The position numbers and the translations under genes are program-made. This document shows, one piece after another, positions 1-13,017 of a stretch of DNA of 64,000 nt (its first letter is position 1; each line of letters starts with the position of its first letter). The notes under the pieces were generated by a model, which was not told where the DNA came from, did no database searches, and saw nothing but the letters and a program-made list of their open reading frames with translations. Location: assembly GCA_964016885.1 (NCBI GenBank), contig OZ024743.1:369644001-369708000 (forward strand), written 5' to 3'. This stretch comes from Eledone cirrhosa (lineage: Eukaryota).

Positions 1-40
<40 letters not shown>

Positions 41-177
41 CTTGTGTGCTCTGCATGGTCTCTCATCAAAGCATTGACATCAGTTAGTTCAACTAATTTC
101 TTCAGCAACTACAGTAAAGTATATTCTTTATTGATGAGATCATAAGAAGATTGAAACAAATCCAGGCACACTTGCTG

Positions 178-214
<37 letters not shown>

Positions 215-485
215 TTAACCTCCATTTTCCATGCTAGCATGCATTCAATAGATCATCACAGCTTATTGGAGCTACTGACCTCTCAGATGAGCTAGGGACC
301 AGCTTCTTGCTTACATATGCTCCCATACTGTACAGAGTGCACCTGGTGCATTTTATTGTGACACCAGCTCTAAGGAGCTTGTTATGTCTTTGACACAACC
401 GAAGAGTTTGTATTAGGATGGATGTTTAGCTGTAGAATACAGCCTCAAAAGTCTCATCCAATCTATAACTATATAGAAAATCATA

Positions 486-651
486 TTGTATTTCCCGGCG
501 TCGAATATGTTACTTTTTTTCCTAAAATAAGTCTCAAAAATCTACCAAGTGTCCTGGAGGCTGAAGGTTTATTATCTTTTTTCATATTTTTGGTTGTCAA
601 AATTAGGGCGCGTCCTCGAGGACGAAGCATCTTTGACACTGGGAAATACGG
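486..651. mobile_element. Short MITE with Tc1/mariner-pogo-like termini
   Basis: Imperfect 17-bp TIRs (TTGTATTTCCCGGCGTC / GACACTGGGAAATACGG); differences are consistent with CpG decay; TA on both flanks. Confidence 0.6.
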
Positions 652-1017
652 TACTTAAAAATAATAATGATGTTAGTAACTCGATTACTAATGAGGTGGC
701 CTTATTACTAGAATAATGGTTTAAATATATCATATCTATTTTATAGCTATTATAGATCTATATGGCCAACAGTTTTACTTGGTACATTGTTTCATTTATG
801 AAGATTTAAAAAAAAATAACAATAACAACTGATCAGCTGACACATTAATCCTTTTCATACCAACCTGACCCAAACCACCCCCAGTTCTGTGGAACAAAAG
901 CATCCATTTTTAAGAATTCTTATTTAAATTAAAATCTTCCAAAGATCCCAGGTCAAAAAAAAAGGGAAACCATATTTCTGTGATGGATGGACTCTGGGAA
1001 ATGGTCCAGTTACAAAA

Positions 1018-4000
1018 TTGGTACTTTCAGTGCCTGGACTATGTGTTGAACAACAACAACAACTAAAGCCAATCATGTCTTCCTCTCCCATTACTGTTCA
1101 ACAACAACAAAAATCAACCATCAATAAGGAAGTTGCAGAAATTCGACAACTGATGTCTGACCTAAGTCTAGAAATAGCAGGAATTAAAACAAGCCATCGT
1201 GTAAAACCTCTGAATGAGGGATCTTATTGGAGTACCTTGCTTAAAAATCTACACATAGCTCTTGCTGAATCTAGATGCATCAAGAAAGCTACTGAATCTA
1301 CCATCCATGAAGTAATTGCCATTGGTGTATCAGAAGACTTAACTGATCTTCAGGTATTTGCTGGCAACTCGTCCAAGGACCTAGACTGTTTTCCTCCAAA
1401 AAGTGCTCTCCAACTTAATCAATCGTGTCCCAAACCCTGACTAATTAGGCTGTCATTTGCAAGCTCTTCTGAGGCACGTGCATTCCATTTAGCCTCTGAT
1501 AAGACTAGGCGTGAACAACGAATTACCTTTCAAACTTGCCCTGGCTTACCACCTGATATATGCCCAAAGCTACATGCTGTAGCTCCTTAAATAACAACTC
1601 AACACCACAAGAAAGTTTTAGCCTATGTGACGATGGGCACATATGGAAATTTATTAAGTCTGGTGAGACATAGAAAAGAGATATCAGCTGGTCTGAACAT
1701 ATTGTACCCACAATAACTGGCAATGAAAAAGCTGTGGGAAACTAAACAAGAACAACCTGCCATCCCCTATATATCATCATAAGCTGAAATCCAGATACAA
1801 ATTGTTGTCCTTAAATGCTTGTAGTTTATGCAATAAGATACATCTTTTTGATTCCTGCGTCAAAAATATTGACACTGATTTCATTGCAGTCACGAAAATA
1901 CAGGTGTAATCTTTATTTTGTGATGGTGTTTTTAGCATAGCTGGCTACAACTTGTTTCGCAAAGACTGCATTAATCATCATGGTGGTGATGTGATGATCT
2001 ACATTCGTTCAAACTTTTCAGCAGTTCCTTGCGATGATTTGAACCAATCACAACAAAAAGTATTTTTCTGCGATATACATTTGACCATACCGACACTTCT
2101 ACTTACCCCTCCCCCATCTCAATTACCATCAAGGCACACAGCATTTTGGCATCCTCAGAGCCAGGTAAACAGCCAGTTATGTTTTCATTTCAGGCAACTT
2201 CAATTGCCCTGAGATTGATTGGGAAACCTTTTGTTGGCCACAAAGGGCAAATGATTTCCTTGAGCTAGTGCTGGATTTGAACTGGTTCCAAGTAGCCACC
2301 TCCCCCACAAGAGGTAACAACACTTTGGATCTGCTCTTTACCACTATTCCAGAAACAGTTATTAGTGTCACCACTGAGGAACCTTTAGGTGACTCTGATC
2401 ATGCTATGATCGTTGCAAATCTGTCTCTTATGGGCAGTAACAAAAACTACAACCATCTCCAAACTGCTCACTTTGACTGGAACTCTTACTGTGCTGAGTT
2501 ACAATGCCCAAACTGGCTTGTATTTTATGACTCTGGAGATGTGAACACTATACTTCAGAACATCCTGAACTCACTATGGACAGCACGTGCAACATCAGTA
2601 CCATGTAAGCACAAAAAACATCCCGAAAGGGCCATTTGGGAGACTGCAGCAGTCCAACTTGCCAGGAAAGAATGTTGTAATCCTGAACAGGAATACAGAC
2701 TACATAGATCAGAGATTAATAGAAAAACGCCCGATAAATCATCTAAACATCTTAAGCAGGTGGCAAAAAAGGCATTGCTTGAATTTGAACAGCTTATAGC
2801 AACCAACCCTGGAAACATGTATGTTCAAAGCAGAGACCTCACTCTCCAGTTGGTCCACTTCACAATCCCCACACAGGCCAGATTATTGATGATCCCAAAG
2901 AAAACACAGAACTCATTGCTGATGCTATGCAGGCATTTTCACTGTTGAAAATGAAAATGTACCATCTCCACCACCTCTGACATCGAATTCTATAGCAACT
3001 ATGGAATTTACACCTGCAATGCTGCAACATCACCTTAAGAATAAACGCAACCATGTCTCTCCTGTTCTTGGTGGCAATACATACCTGCTTCTCAAATGTG
3101 GTGGGTACTTTCTTCTGCACCAGCTTTCACTCTTCTTTCAATTCTGATTTAACAATGGTGTTACTCCAGAGCAGTGGAAAACTGCCTGTGAAATTCCTCT
3201 GTTCAAAAAAGGTGATCGCACATAACCTGTCAACTATTGTCCAGTCAGCCTTACTAGCTTCATCGTGAAACTGATGGAGTCAAAGAAACACTCTGGAACT
3301 TCTGGAATTCTCAGAGGCTTATCTGGCCCTTGTAATTTGGATTTATCCCTTACTCCAGCTTCTGTGATCAACACATCAAGTTTCTTGAAGACATTCCCTG
3401 GATCACTGATGGCGGCTCATGGGTGGATGTTGTTTATCTTGACTTTGTTAAACCGTTTAATTCTGTGCCACACAAAATACTTATGGCAAAACTCTCTGCA
3501 ATGGGTGTGAGAGATGATTCCTTATAACTGATTGAAGTCCTTCATTCTCAGTCTAAAAGAGGTAGTCATGGTTCTAGGACAGCATTCTTCACCCTATGAG
3601 ATGACATCTGGTCCCCTTTTGTTTGTTGCATATATTAATGACATAGATGCCAACTTAAATAATGCCACAGTGCTGAAATATGCAGATGACATCAAGCCGT
3701 ACCTTGAGATAAAAAGGACAGATCCTGTACACTATAGATCTTTCCTGCAATCAGACCTGGACACAATGTAGCAATGGATTACAGACTGGCAATTCAAATT
3801 GGCTGTGGACAAGTGTACCACCATGCACAACACTAATCTCAAGAAGCCTTCTTGTGAACGGGACATGGGCATTATTTTCAACAGTGATTAGCGTTGGACA
3901 AAGCACACCTCTCAAATCGTTAAGAAGGCTGAGGGTGTCTTAGCGTCACTCAGTAAGACCTTTGTCAGCCGCTCTCCAGTTATCTATTTAAAGCTATATA

Positions 4001-4477
4001 TAGCTATGGTGTGGCTACACTTAGAATTTACATCACCAGTCTGGAACCCCTGTCTTGCTCAGAATATTGATCTCCTGGAAACTGTTCAGAGATGTGCAAC
4101 CAAGCGAAGACCCTCAATCTTGCCAACACCCATGGACATGCTTACAGCACAGCCCCCACATTATTTTCGGAAACATTTTTTTATGCTCAGAGTTGTTGAA
4201 GCATGGAACAAAGAACCCACATCAGTTGTTAGCTGTCGGGACACTGCATTCTTCAAAACTTCCATCTTCCTGAAATTTGACAACACTGCACCTGATATTC
4301 CCCCTCCATTCACATGCACGCATATATCTGTGTGTATATCATGACTCATACAGTGTTCACTTTCCTGCCATTTGTACATTATTCTATGTACTATACATGC
4401 ACCTTTGATGAGTTGTAGTGTACCTGGGAACTGCAGCCAATAATTTTCATTCTTACTATTATTTCATTATTATTATA
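1018..4477 (+). mobile_element. Decayed near-full-length CR1-group LINE (ORF1 remnant, APE endonuclease, RT)
   Basis: ORF1-like coiled-coil remnant (1018-1440, PKP*LIRLSF). APE motifs LNACSL (~1810), PTRGNNTLDLLFT and LGDSDH. RT motifs GPLLFVAYIND and KYADD. C-terminal LEFTSPVWNP and FFMLRVVEAWN. (TTA)n tail. Many stops and frameshifts. Confidence 0.85.
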
Positions 4478-5146
4478 ATTTGATATAAGAACCTTTTGTT
4501 GTGTTGCAGATACCATCTCAATGGACTATTTAATAATTTTAATAAATCTCTCCAAAATCCTCCTTAATTAATTCAAATACAATATATTTCATTAAAGATA
4601 TGGTAATGAAAGTGTTAAAAGTATGTTTATATTTGGGGCGGAAAGCTTTATTTTTGTGCTCATCTTTAAAGAGTTAATGTAACCCTTTAATGTAAATATT
4701 CAATCATCATCATCATCATTTTACATCTTGTTTCACGCTTGCAAGGGTTGGACACATCCATTTTCAGTACATCATCTCTCCACTTGTTACATTCCTTTGT
4801 CACCTACATGAGCTGGGATCAGCTCTCACCACTTCCATCTAGGTCTTCCTTGGTCTTCTTCTACTCTGGCTTCCCTCCACTGGTATTACTCAACACTTCT
4901 TCACCCAGTGATCATCATCCATGCGCATCACATGTCCAAACCCACACAGTCTCTTCTCCTGCACACTATATTTGATTCCTTTTATACCTAATTTCTCCCC
5001 CATTTCATCCATGCCTTGCCCTTCTCTAACATTGCAATATTGTATAATTGTTATAGAAATATGGTTATAGAAGAGTTAATCTTCTTACATGCATATATCA
5101 ATCTCTATGTAGCTTTATACATGTTTAAATTTTTGTTCTTATTTAG

Positions 5147-5288
5147 GGATTTTTCCGGCGTTGTATTACACAAGGGATGTCTCATAAGTGTGCTAATGAA
5201 GAGAAATGTGACATTACTCCATTCACAAGAAATAGTTGTCAATATTGTCGCCTTAAGAAGTGTTTCGCAGTTGGCATGTCAAGAGAAG
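5147..5288 (+). CDS. Internal exon of a nuclear hormone receptor (NR1 subfamily-like): second C4 zinc finger of the DNA-binding domain
   Basis: Polypyrimidine tract plus TAG acceptor (5144-5146) and GTAGGT donor (5289). Phase-0 start, phase-1 end. Translation GFFRRCITQGMSHKCANEEKCDITPFTRNSCQYCRLKKCFAVGMSRE matches the NR DBD consensus. Orthology cannot be assigned from one exon. Confidence 0.93.
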
Positions 5289-5759
5289 GTAGGTTACAGT
5301 TATTTTCTTTTTTGTTTCATTGTATGTTTGGAGTGTTGGGGTGGTGGTGGTGGTGGGTGTTTGTATGTGTGTGTGGGGTGGGTGGGGGTAGTGCATGTGT
5401 GGGAGTGTATATGTGTGTTGGTGTGTATATGTGAGAGAGAGAGAAAGAGAGATTATTTTTTAATTCCTCAAGAAGTGAAGTGAAACTTCATTGGAGAGAA
5501 GGCTTAAACTGATGTCAGTAATAACAGCTGATTTGAGGTGTACAAAGTTTGTCTAATAGATAATTTCATTAAAGCATTTTGTTACATGAAATAGCTACCA
5601 AAATATAGCAGCTATGAATGTGTATGGGGGGAGGGGACATGGGTGCGCGTGGTGAGGGTAGTATAGTGATGTTGGGATGTTGAGAATAGCTGTTATTGAA
5701 TGCTAGTGGAAGTGGGGTGAACGTGGCAGTAGGTCAGATCACATTGTATACTGCAAGTT

Positions 5760-7870
5760 GGGTCTTCTTCAGCATTGCATAGTCATTTCTGTTGTTGAGA
5801 TTTAGTTTTTAAAGGTTGGTCTTCACAACCTTATCTTGTGTCTTCCTGGGTCTGCCTCTTCTGTGTCCCAGCCACTGGGGTTTCTTTGCATTTTTTTATG
5901 CAGCTGCTATCTTCCATGTGCATCACATTTCCATACCAATGCATTCTTCTCTCTTGCACACTACATCCAAGTTTTTCCCTGAGTTTGCTTATCCTATGTT
6001 ACCCATGCGCACTAACATTACACATCCATCAGAGCATGCTTGACTCATTTGTTTCTAGCCCTTACAGGTCTTTGCAGTCAAACTCCATGTTGCACTGCCA
6101 TGTAGCATTGTAGTTTGCACACAGACATACAGTCTACCTTTCACTCTGAGAGAAAAACATTTTGTTGTTAGCAGTGGTAATAGATCTCTCAGCTTCTTCC
6201 AGCCTGTTCTTCTCCTAGCTATCACATTTTCAGCATCCTCCCCAATTACCAATTCGATTGTCTAGGTAGGAAAACTGTCAATAACTTGTTAGGAGCTCCC
6301 CTGGCAGCTGAGGGAATCTGTTTCATTTTGTGCTTACTTACTCTGTGTATCTGCCACATCTAAAGTCTATATTTTCCATTAGCCTACCTGCAATACCACA
6401 TCTCCTGTGTGTCCATACTTTACATTGTGTGCACCTTATGGAATTTCTGCCCACCCCATTCTGACATATCGGGCACAACCACTTTCCTGATGGAATCACC
6501 TTCCTGACTTCTTTCCTACTTATTAGGACTTTCGTCAATGTTAAATTTACTTTTAGGTCTTTCAGCTCTAGGTCCTTCTTCGATGCTTGAAATTTTGCTT
6601 CTAACTCTCCTATGGATCCGGCTATGAGGACTAAATCATCAACATATAGGAGCTCCCATGGAGTGCCAGTTTTAAACTCTTCAGTAATGGCCTGAAGTAC
6701 AATAATAAATAGGAGTGGACTGAAGACTGATCCCTGATGAACCTCCACCTGCAATTCAAAAATTCAAATTCATCACTGTACTCATTGCCAACTCTCACTC
6801 TGCTGACTGCTCCTCTATACATGGCCTGCACAGCCCTCACAAGCCATTCATCTACACCAAGCTTCCTAAGTGTCCACCAGATTATAGAACATGGGACCCT
6901 ATTAAAGGCCTTCCAGGTCTACAAATGCTAGATACAGTGTCTTACTCTTAACTAAGTACCCATAATTGTCACACCAGAAAGAGGGCATCAGCAGTACCCC
7001 TATCTGGCATAAATCCAAGCTGCATCTCATCTAATGGGATTATTTCCCTAGTTAGTTGTGCTATAACCCTTTCAGCAATTTTCATGACCTGGTCCATCTA
7101 CTTGAGGTCTTTGTAGTTACTTCATTGTAGTTTATTTCCTTTGCTCTTGTTGCAATTTACAATGATAAGCTAGACCAGTCATTGGGTATGACACCATCCT
7201 GTACTACTTGATTAACTATGCCTCTGACCAGCTTATATCCTACCATGCCAAATGCTTTTAGCATCTCAGTGACTATACCAGAAGGTCCAGCTACTTTCCC
7301 TATCTTCATGTCCTTAATTCCTTTATTTATCATACTGCTGTCAACTTTTATGGCTAGTCTCTCTGTGGAGTCTGCATGGAGTAGGCCTTCCCTGTCCCAT
7401 TCCTTTCTTTGATCAGCAGTCTCTCCTAATATATCTTCGATGCCTCCTCCTTTTCGGCATCAGACAGAGCAAGTGCTCCATTATCATTTTAGACACACTT
7501 TTCTCCAACCATATCATGATTTTCTTTAGTTTCACAATCAACACTTCATGTCTCTGCAGAACACATGTGCAAGCTTCTTTTCTGTCATTCCCCTCACTAG
7601 ATATATTTCGCTCCTGACCTCCCTTCTAGCTATCTGACATTGCTTTCTGTCTCCTCTGTTCCTCCATTTTCTCCAGGCTTGTTTTTTTTTTGTTTTAATG
7701 GCTCTTTCTACTTGTCATTCCACCACCATGTCTCCTTCCATCTTGGTGGGATCTTGCTTCAGCTACAAACCTGACTTGTGGCTTCCAGCATTTCCTGTAG
7801 AAATTCGCAGTTTTTCTGTTGTATGTCCTCTTACTTACTGTCATCAGTGTCATGAAAGATTTCTTTAAAT
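5760..7870 (-). mobile_element. Decayed RTE-clade LINE with PHD-like finger
   Basis: ORF fragments VHQGSVFSPLLF, WELLYVDDLVL, CPIC..CTQC..HRRC..CGR and RTGWKKLRDLLPLL. Confidence 0.85.
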
Positions 7871-8189
7871 TTGCTACCTACTTTATTTGGATATCTATGT
7901 TTGGTTTTATGGGGAGGGGGTCTTGCATAGGTCATGGGCAGAAATAGCAGTAAGTGGGAATGAAGCAAGACATACATAGTTGAAATGTTTAAAATCCAAA
8001 CCATTAGGTTAGTAAATAGCTTCTCAATAAAAGCTGAAACCTTTTATGTGAAATAACAGCAGAGTTCATTGATAAATGATTATAAATATGCATATCTTCA
8101 GTACTTACTTGGTCTATGTAGACCTGTCCAACCCTTGCTAGCAGGGAAAGTAGATGTTAAATGATGGCAACAAAATTTAAAAAAGTATC

Positions 8190-8600
8190 AACACCATTGT
8201 TTAGAAAGTGATGGTTGCCTCTGTAAAGCTGTTCATTGTTTCTTGTTGATATTTTAAATTCAGCACCATTGTTCAGGAAGTGATGGTTAACTTCTGTATT
8301 AGTACCATTGTTCAGGAAGTGATGGTTACTTCTGTCAAGCTGTTCATTCTTTCTTGTAGTTTACTGCTATTGGTCCATGGCTGCTTTTACTCCCAGTAGG
8401 ATCCCGCTTATATAGCAACTAACCATCATGTCTGGTAGCTGTATCGCTATCAACCCACTCTCTTGTTGAATAGATCCATTGTTCACAAAGCAATGGTTTC
8501 TTCTGTCAAGCTGTCATTTTTTCTTGTTGATAAATTATCAGAATTCAAAAAGTATTAGCACCATTGTCCAGGAAGTGATGGTTACCTCCTTCCAGCTGTA
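8190..8600. repeat. Degenerate tandem repeat with core CACCATTGTTCAGGAAGTGATGGTT
   Basis: Core recurs at about 8212, 8264, 8303, 8477 and 8559 with variable spacers. Confidence 0.7.
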
Positions 8601-8647
8601 TTTTTAGGCTTTGAAAAACTCTGTAAATTCTTTGAATATTCATTTAC

Positions 8648-8850
8648 ATCAGTATCGGTAGAGGGTCGGGTGCCATGCTTTGCAGCATAGTTACGTCCCT
8701 TTATGATCTGAGTTCAAATCCCACCGAGGTTAACTTGGCCTTTCATCCTTATGGGGTCGATAAAATAAAGTACCAGTACCATACTGGGGTCGATTTAATC
8801 GACTTTCCCCTCCCCCAAATTACTAGCCTTGTGCCTATACTAGAAATCAT
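8648..8850 (+). mobile_element. tRNA-derived SINE, family 1
   Basis: B-box GAGTTCAAATCC and body TTTCATCCTTAxGGGGTCGATAAAATAAAGTACCAG shared with other copies in the window. Confidence 0.75.
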
Positions 8851-9376
8851 TATTTATTTATTGCTGCCTGGTCAACATAGAATATGTTTTGAAGAAATGA
8901 GGACCTGTTTCATAAGGAATCAAGTCTGTTTCTTGACACTTGATAAATAAAACAAAATCCACCACCACCACCACCACACACACACACGCCATCAAACCTT
9001 AAGTGATGGATTTTAAACATTCTTGTTTTTACAACACATATATATAGTCTTTCTTTATGTACTGGCTCTTAAGTAAACTTTGCAGTTGTGTATATAGAAA
9101 AGTAGAGTATATCATTAGAAACATCAAACTTTCTGTTATTACATTATTTTGCTTTCTACACTCATTTGGTATTTTTCTGTTTTATGAAATTCAAAAGATA
9201 AAATTAATTGAATATATTAATGTTACATTCAGTTTTAGTAACATTTGCAATGAAAATGAGGAATCATTTAGCAAATCATCTTAAATATATCACCTTGTCA
9301 ATCTGTCCTTTCTAACACTAGTGGCTTTTATTATATCTTGCATAAATATACATGCATATATTTATATATATATATA

Positions 9377-10975
9377 CTAGCTGAATTACCCGCGCCTAGC
9401 TGCGTTTCACACATTTTTTTTTGTAAGAAAATGATGATTGATTTTAAATCAGTGATATAATTTATGGAGAAAAACTCTACATTTCAATATTACTCAATGT
9501 AAAATGTAATGCATGAAAAATTAGAAAACATTATTTTTTGTAATATATCAAATCAAAATGACATTATTAAAACTTATTCTTATTTTGTTTCTTGTAAATC
9601 ATTTTTTTCAAAATATCAATTCAAAACTTTTGTGAATAGGCATTATATCTTGTCATTGACCTATGGTTTAAATTTCATATAAATCGAAGGGAAAAAATTT
9701 TCAGTGGGGGTTTGTGCCCCCGGGGAACCCTTTGATTAAAATGAAATATATTTATCCAAGTACCCTGGGCAATGTAGTTTCAGAATATATATGGTTATGG
9801 GGGTCTATCTCAAAAACCATAGGAGGAGTTTGTGAAATCTTGTTCCATTTATTGGCCAAAATTTTCACTATAAGGGGTTTAACCTCCATTAGGGTGTCTT
9901 AATATTATTGACATTTTCTGAAATTTTGTGAATAGGCATCATATATTGTCATTTACCTATGGTTTAAATTTCATATAAATCAAAAGGAAAACATTTTCAG
10001 CTGGGGTTTGTGCCCCCAGGAAACCCTAATAGGGGGTTTAACCCCCATTAGGGTGTCTTAATATTATTGAAATTTGCTAAAATTTTGTGATTAGGCATCA
10101 TATCTTGTCATTTTCCTATGGTTTAAATTTCATATAAATCAAAAGGAAAACATTTTCAGCTGGGGTTTGTGCCCCCAGGAAACCCTAATAGGGGGTTTAA
10201 CCCCCATTAGGGTGTCTTAATATTATTGAAATTTGCTAAAATTTTGTGATTAGGCATCATATCTTGTCATTTTCCTATGGTTTAAATTTCATATAAATCA
10301 AAAGGAAAACATTTTCAGCTGGGGTTTGTGCCCCCAGGAAACCCTAATAGGGGGTTTAACCCCCATTAGGGTGTCTTAATATTATTGAAATTTGCTAAAA
10401 TTTTGTGATTAGGCATCATATCTTGTCATTTTCCTATGGTTTAAATTTCATATAAATCAAAAGGAAAACATTTTCAGCTGGGGTTTGTGCCCCCAGGAAA
10501 CCCTAATAGGGGGTTTAACCCCCATTAGGGTGTCTTAATATTATTGAAATTTGCTAAAATTTTGTGATTAGGCATCATATCTTGTCATTTTCCTATGGTT
10601 TAAATTTCATATAAAATCAAAGGGAAACATATTTCAGCGGGGGTTTGAGCCCCCAGGAAACCCTAATAGGGGGTTTAACCCCCATTAGGGTGTCTTAATA
10701 TTATTGAAATTTGCTAAAATTTTGTGATTAGGCATCATATCTTGTCATTTTCCTATGGTTTAAATTTCATATAAAATCAAAGGGAAACATATTTCAGCGG
10801 GGGTTTGAGCCCGCGGGGAACCCTTTGATTAAAATGACATATACGTAAGAAATCAAATGGGCATGAGCCCCACACACGTGTCAAGTTTCATCAAGATCGA
10901 TTTGCTAGTTTTTGAGTTTTAGGTTCACAAACAAATCCACAAACAGACAAACAGACAGAAATTGCCATTTATGTA
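9377..10975 (-). mobile_element. Non-autonomous Helitron carrying a tandem array
   Basis: Minus-strand 3' end is a GC-rich hairpin followed by CTAG|T (9377-9380). The other end (ACAAACAGACAAACAGACAG into TA) resembles the end of the 28232 element. Confidence 0.7.
9862..10830. repeat. 159-bp tandem repeat, about 6 near-identical units, plus a partial unit at 9620-9745
   Basis: AAACCCTAATAGGGGG recurs at 10021, 10180, 10339, 10498 and 10658. Each unit contains the palindrome ACCCTAATAGGGGGTTTAACCCCCATTAGGGT. Confidence 0.95.
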
Positions 10976-12199
10976 TATATATATATATATATATATACTT
11001 ATACATACACACACACATGCTGTAGAACAGGTATGATTTATAGTTGAATATCATACATCATCATAAAACAAACACAATATATATTTTTTCTCATTAATAG
11101 AGACAAGCAGTTAGGAAAACTTGTTTGAACGTTACTCAATGCTTAGGGCAATGTTTCTCAAAGTGAGTTTTGTGAGCAAATTTGCAGGTTCTTTGATAAG
11201 ATGTCTGAAACAAATTAATAAATTTGGTTTCATATATAAATAAATTTCGTTTGTTTTAATGTTTTATTTGAATGTAGGAAAGATACATGTATTGGAATCA
11301 CATTTTCTTTTGTAAAATCGCATAATCTATAACAAAGTAAGTTTCAGAATAACTAGCCTCCAGATATATACAGTGAGGGGTACATATATTGTTGGTTTTA
11401 TAAGAATGGATAGTCTAAAGCGAGCTCATGTTTTGTGGAGGCCTTTCACAAAATTTCTATTGTTGCATTTAACACTGTAGTTGCTTTAGTTTCAATACAT
11501 GGTCTTGGATGAAGTCACTTGTCAGACAAGTACAACTTTGAAATAACTGATGAGTAGGGTTCAGTTAAAATAGTTTCTGATATCTGTGTGTGGTATCAGA
11601 GAAAAAGTAGAGCAAAAGCCTGTGAGCAAGTTCAAAGTAATATAAAATGATAAAAAAGTTGCCAAAGTTAGAGTATAAAATTCTGCAAACATTTTAGTTG
11701 GTTAATCGATAGAATTATTAGAGTATAGGATAAAAACTCTTGCCATATTTATTCCAGCTTACCGAATTCTGAGTTCAAATACAACCGAGGTCAACTGTGC
11801 ATTTCATCCTAGGGGGTCAGTAGAATAAGGTATCAGATGAGGTCGGTAGATTGGCAGAATTTAGTGCCAAAGAGGAAGGTGTTTTGTAGTATCTGTTCTA
11901 TCTTTTCTATCTTTTTGTGTTCCATGTTCTTCAGTGGTAGACATAATTGAGTGTCATTTTCATTACCCACAGCTCATCCTTGATATTAACTCCCCATACA
12001 CACATACTTATTCCCCTGCCATCTATGCTGCTGTGTTATGTGATGTTCCGTCTGTGACCTGGAGGTGGAGAGGGGGTCTTGGTCTTGTTTTGCCATATTG
12101 GTGTATGAAGTTCTGTCTTGAAGTATGTGTATGTCATCCTGATAGGGTGACACTGCATCTTTAAAGGAGGAAGGGACAATTCAGTGGTCATCATATATA

Positions 12200-12545
12200 T
12201 CATCATCATCATTGTTTAACGTCCATCTTCCACGCTAGCATGGGTCTGGACGGAAATTGTCCCACTTGAGGCAAGATTGGTTGTCTTGTTCAGGACTGTC
12301 TGGCGGGTTTTCTACGGCTGGATGCCCTTCCTAACACCAACCACATTTACAGTGTGGACTGGGAGGTTTTTACCGTGTTACCTACACGGCCACATTACAG
12401 CGTGGACTGTGTGTTTTTTTGTCGTGACACCTACACGACCTCATTTATTTAGGACTGGATGTTGTGGTACCAACATAGCTTTGCATCGAAAAGGGTGGTG
12501 TAGATGGCGGTGGGGGTAGGGTTGGGACAGGGGTGTATTTTGGTT
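12200..12545 (-). mobile_element. 3' UTR/tail fragment of RTE family B
   Basis: Near-identical to 50000-50390; (GAT)n tail. Confidence 0.85.
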
Positions 12546-12632
12546 ATATATATATACTTTTGTTTCAGTCATTGGACTGTGGCCATGTTGGGGCACCAAC
12601 TTCAAGTTAATCATATCAGCCCCAGCACTTAA

Positions 12633-13017
12633 TCTATATATTAATACGCTTATACCTACGTACCATATGTACGTCCGATGCTTTCAGTAAAACAATGGAA
12701 GTAGGGTGGTAAACAACCTACGACAAACTACGGCCAAAGAAAATCAAAGAGTGCTGCAACGTTTGGAAAGGAGAGAGAGAAGGGGTTATAATATATATAG
12801 AGAGGGGTTATACTATATTTAAAGAGAGGGGGTTATAATATAGAGAGAGGGGGTTATAATATAGAGAAAGGGGGGGTTAAAATATAGAGAGAGGGGTGTT
12901 ATATACAGAGGGTGGTTTTAATAGAGAAAGGGATGGGTTTATATATATAGAGAGGTGGGGGTTAATATATTTAGAGAGAGGGGATTATCCGTGAAATTTT
13001 TTCACAGGTCCAGCTAG
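12633..13017 (+). mobile_element. Short non-autonomous Helitron with internal purine-rich minisatellite
   Basis: A|TC 5' end; 3' hairpin CCGTGAAATTTTTTCACAGG then CTAG|T; internal ~20-25-bp repeat GAGAGAGGGGGTTATAATATA (12770-12988). Confidence 0.8.

Noticed and set aside
5016-5483. ORFs 5016-5483 and 5177-5434 as complete genes
   Set aside because: Only 5147-5288 is bounded by splice sites and matches a protein family; the rest is intron read-through or another frame
9862-10830. Palindrome-containing periodic repeat as a CRISPR array
   Set aside because: Whole units are identical, there are no unique spacers and no cas genes
11544-11580. CTGATGA at ~11547 (also ~26497 and ~62552) as hammerheads
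   Set aside because: No properly placed stem II-GAAA-UH-stem I
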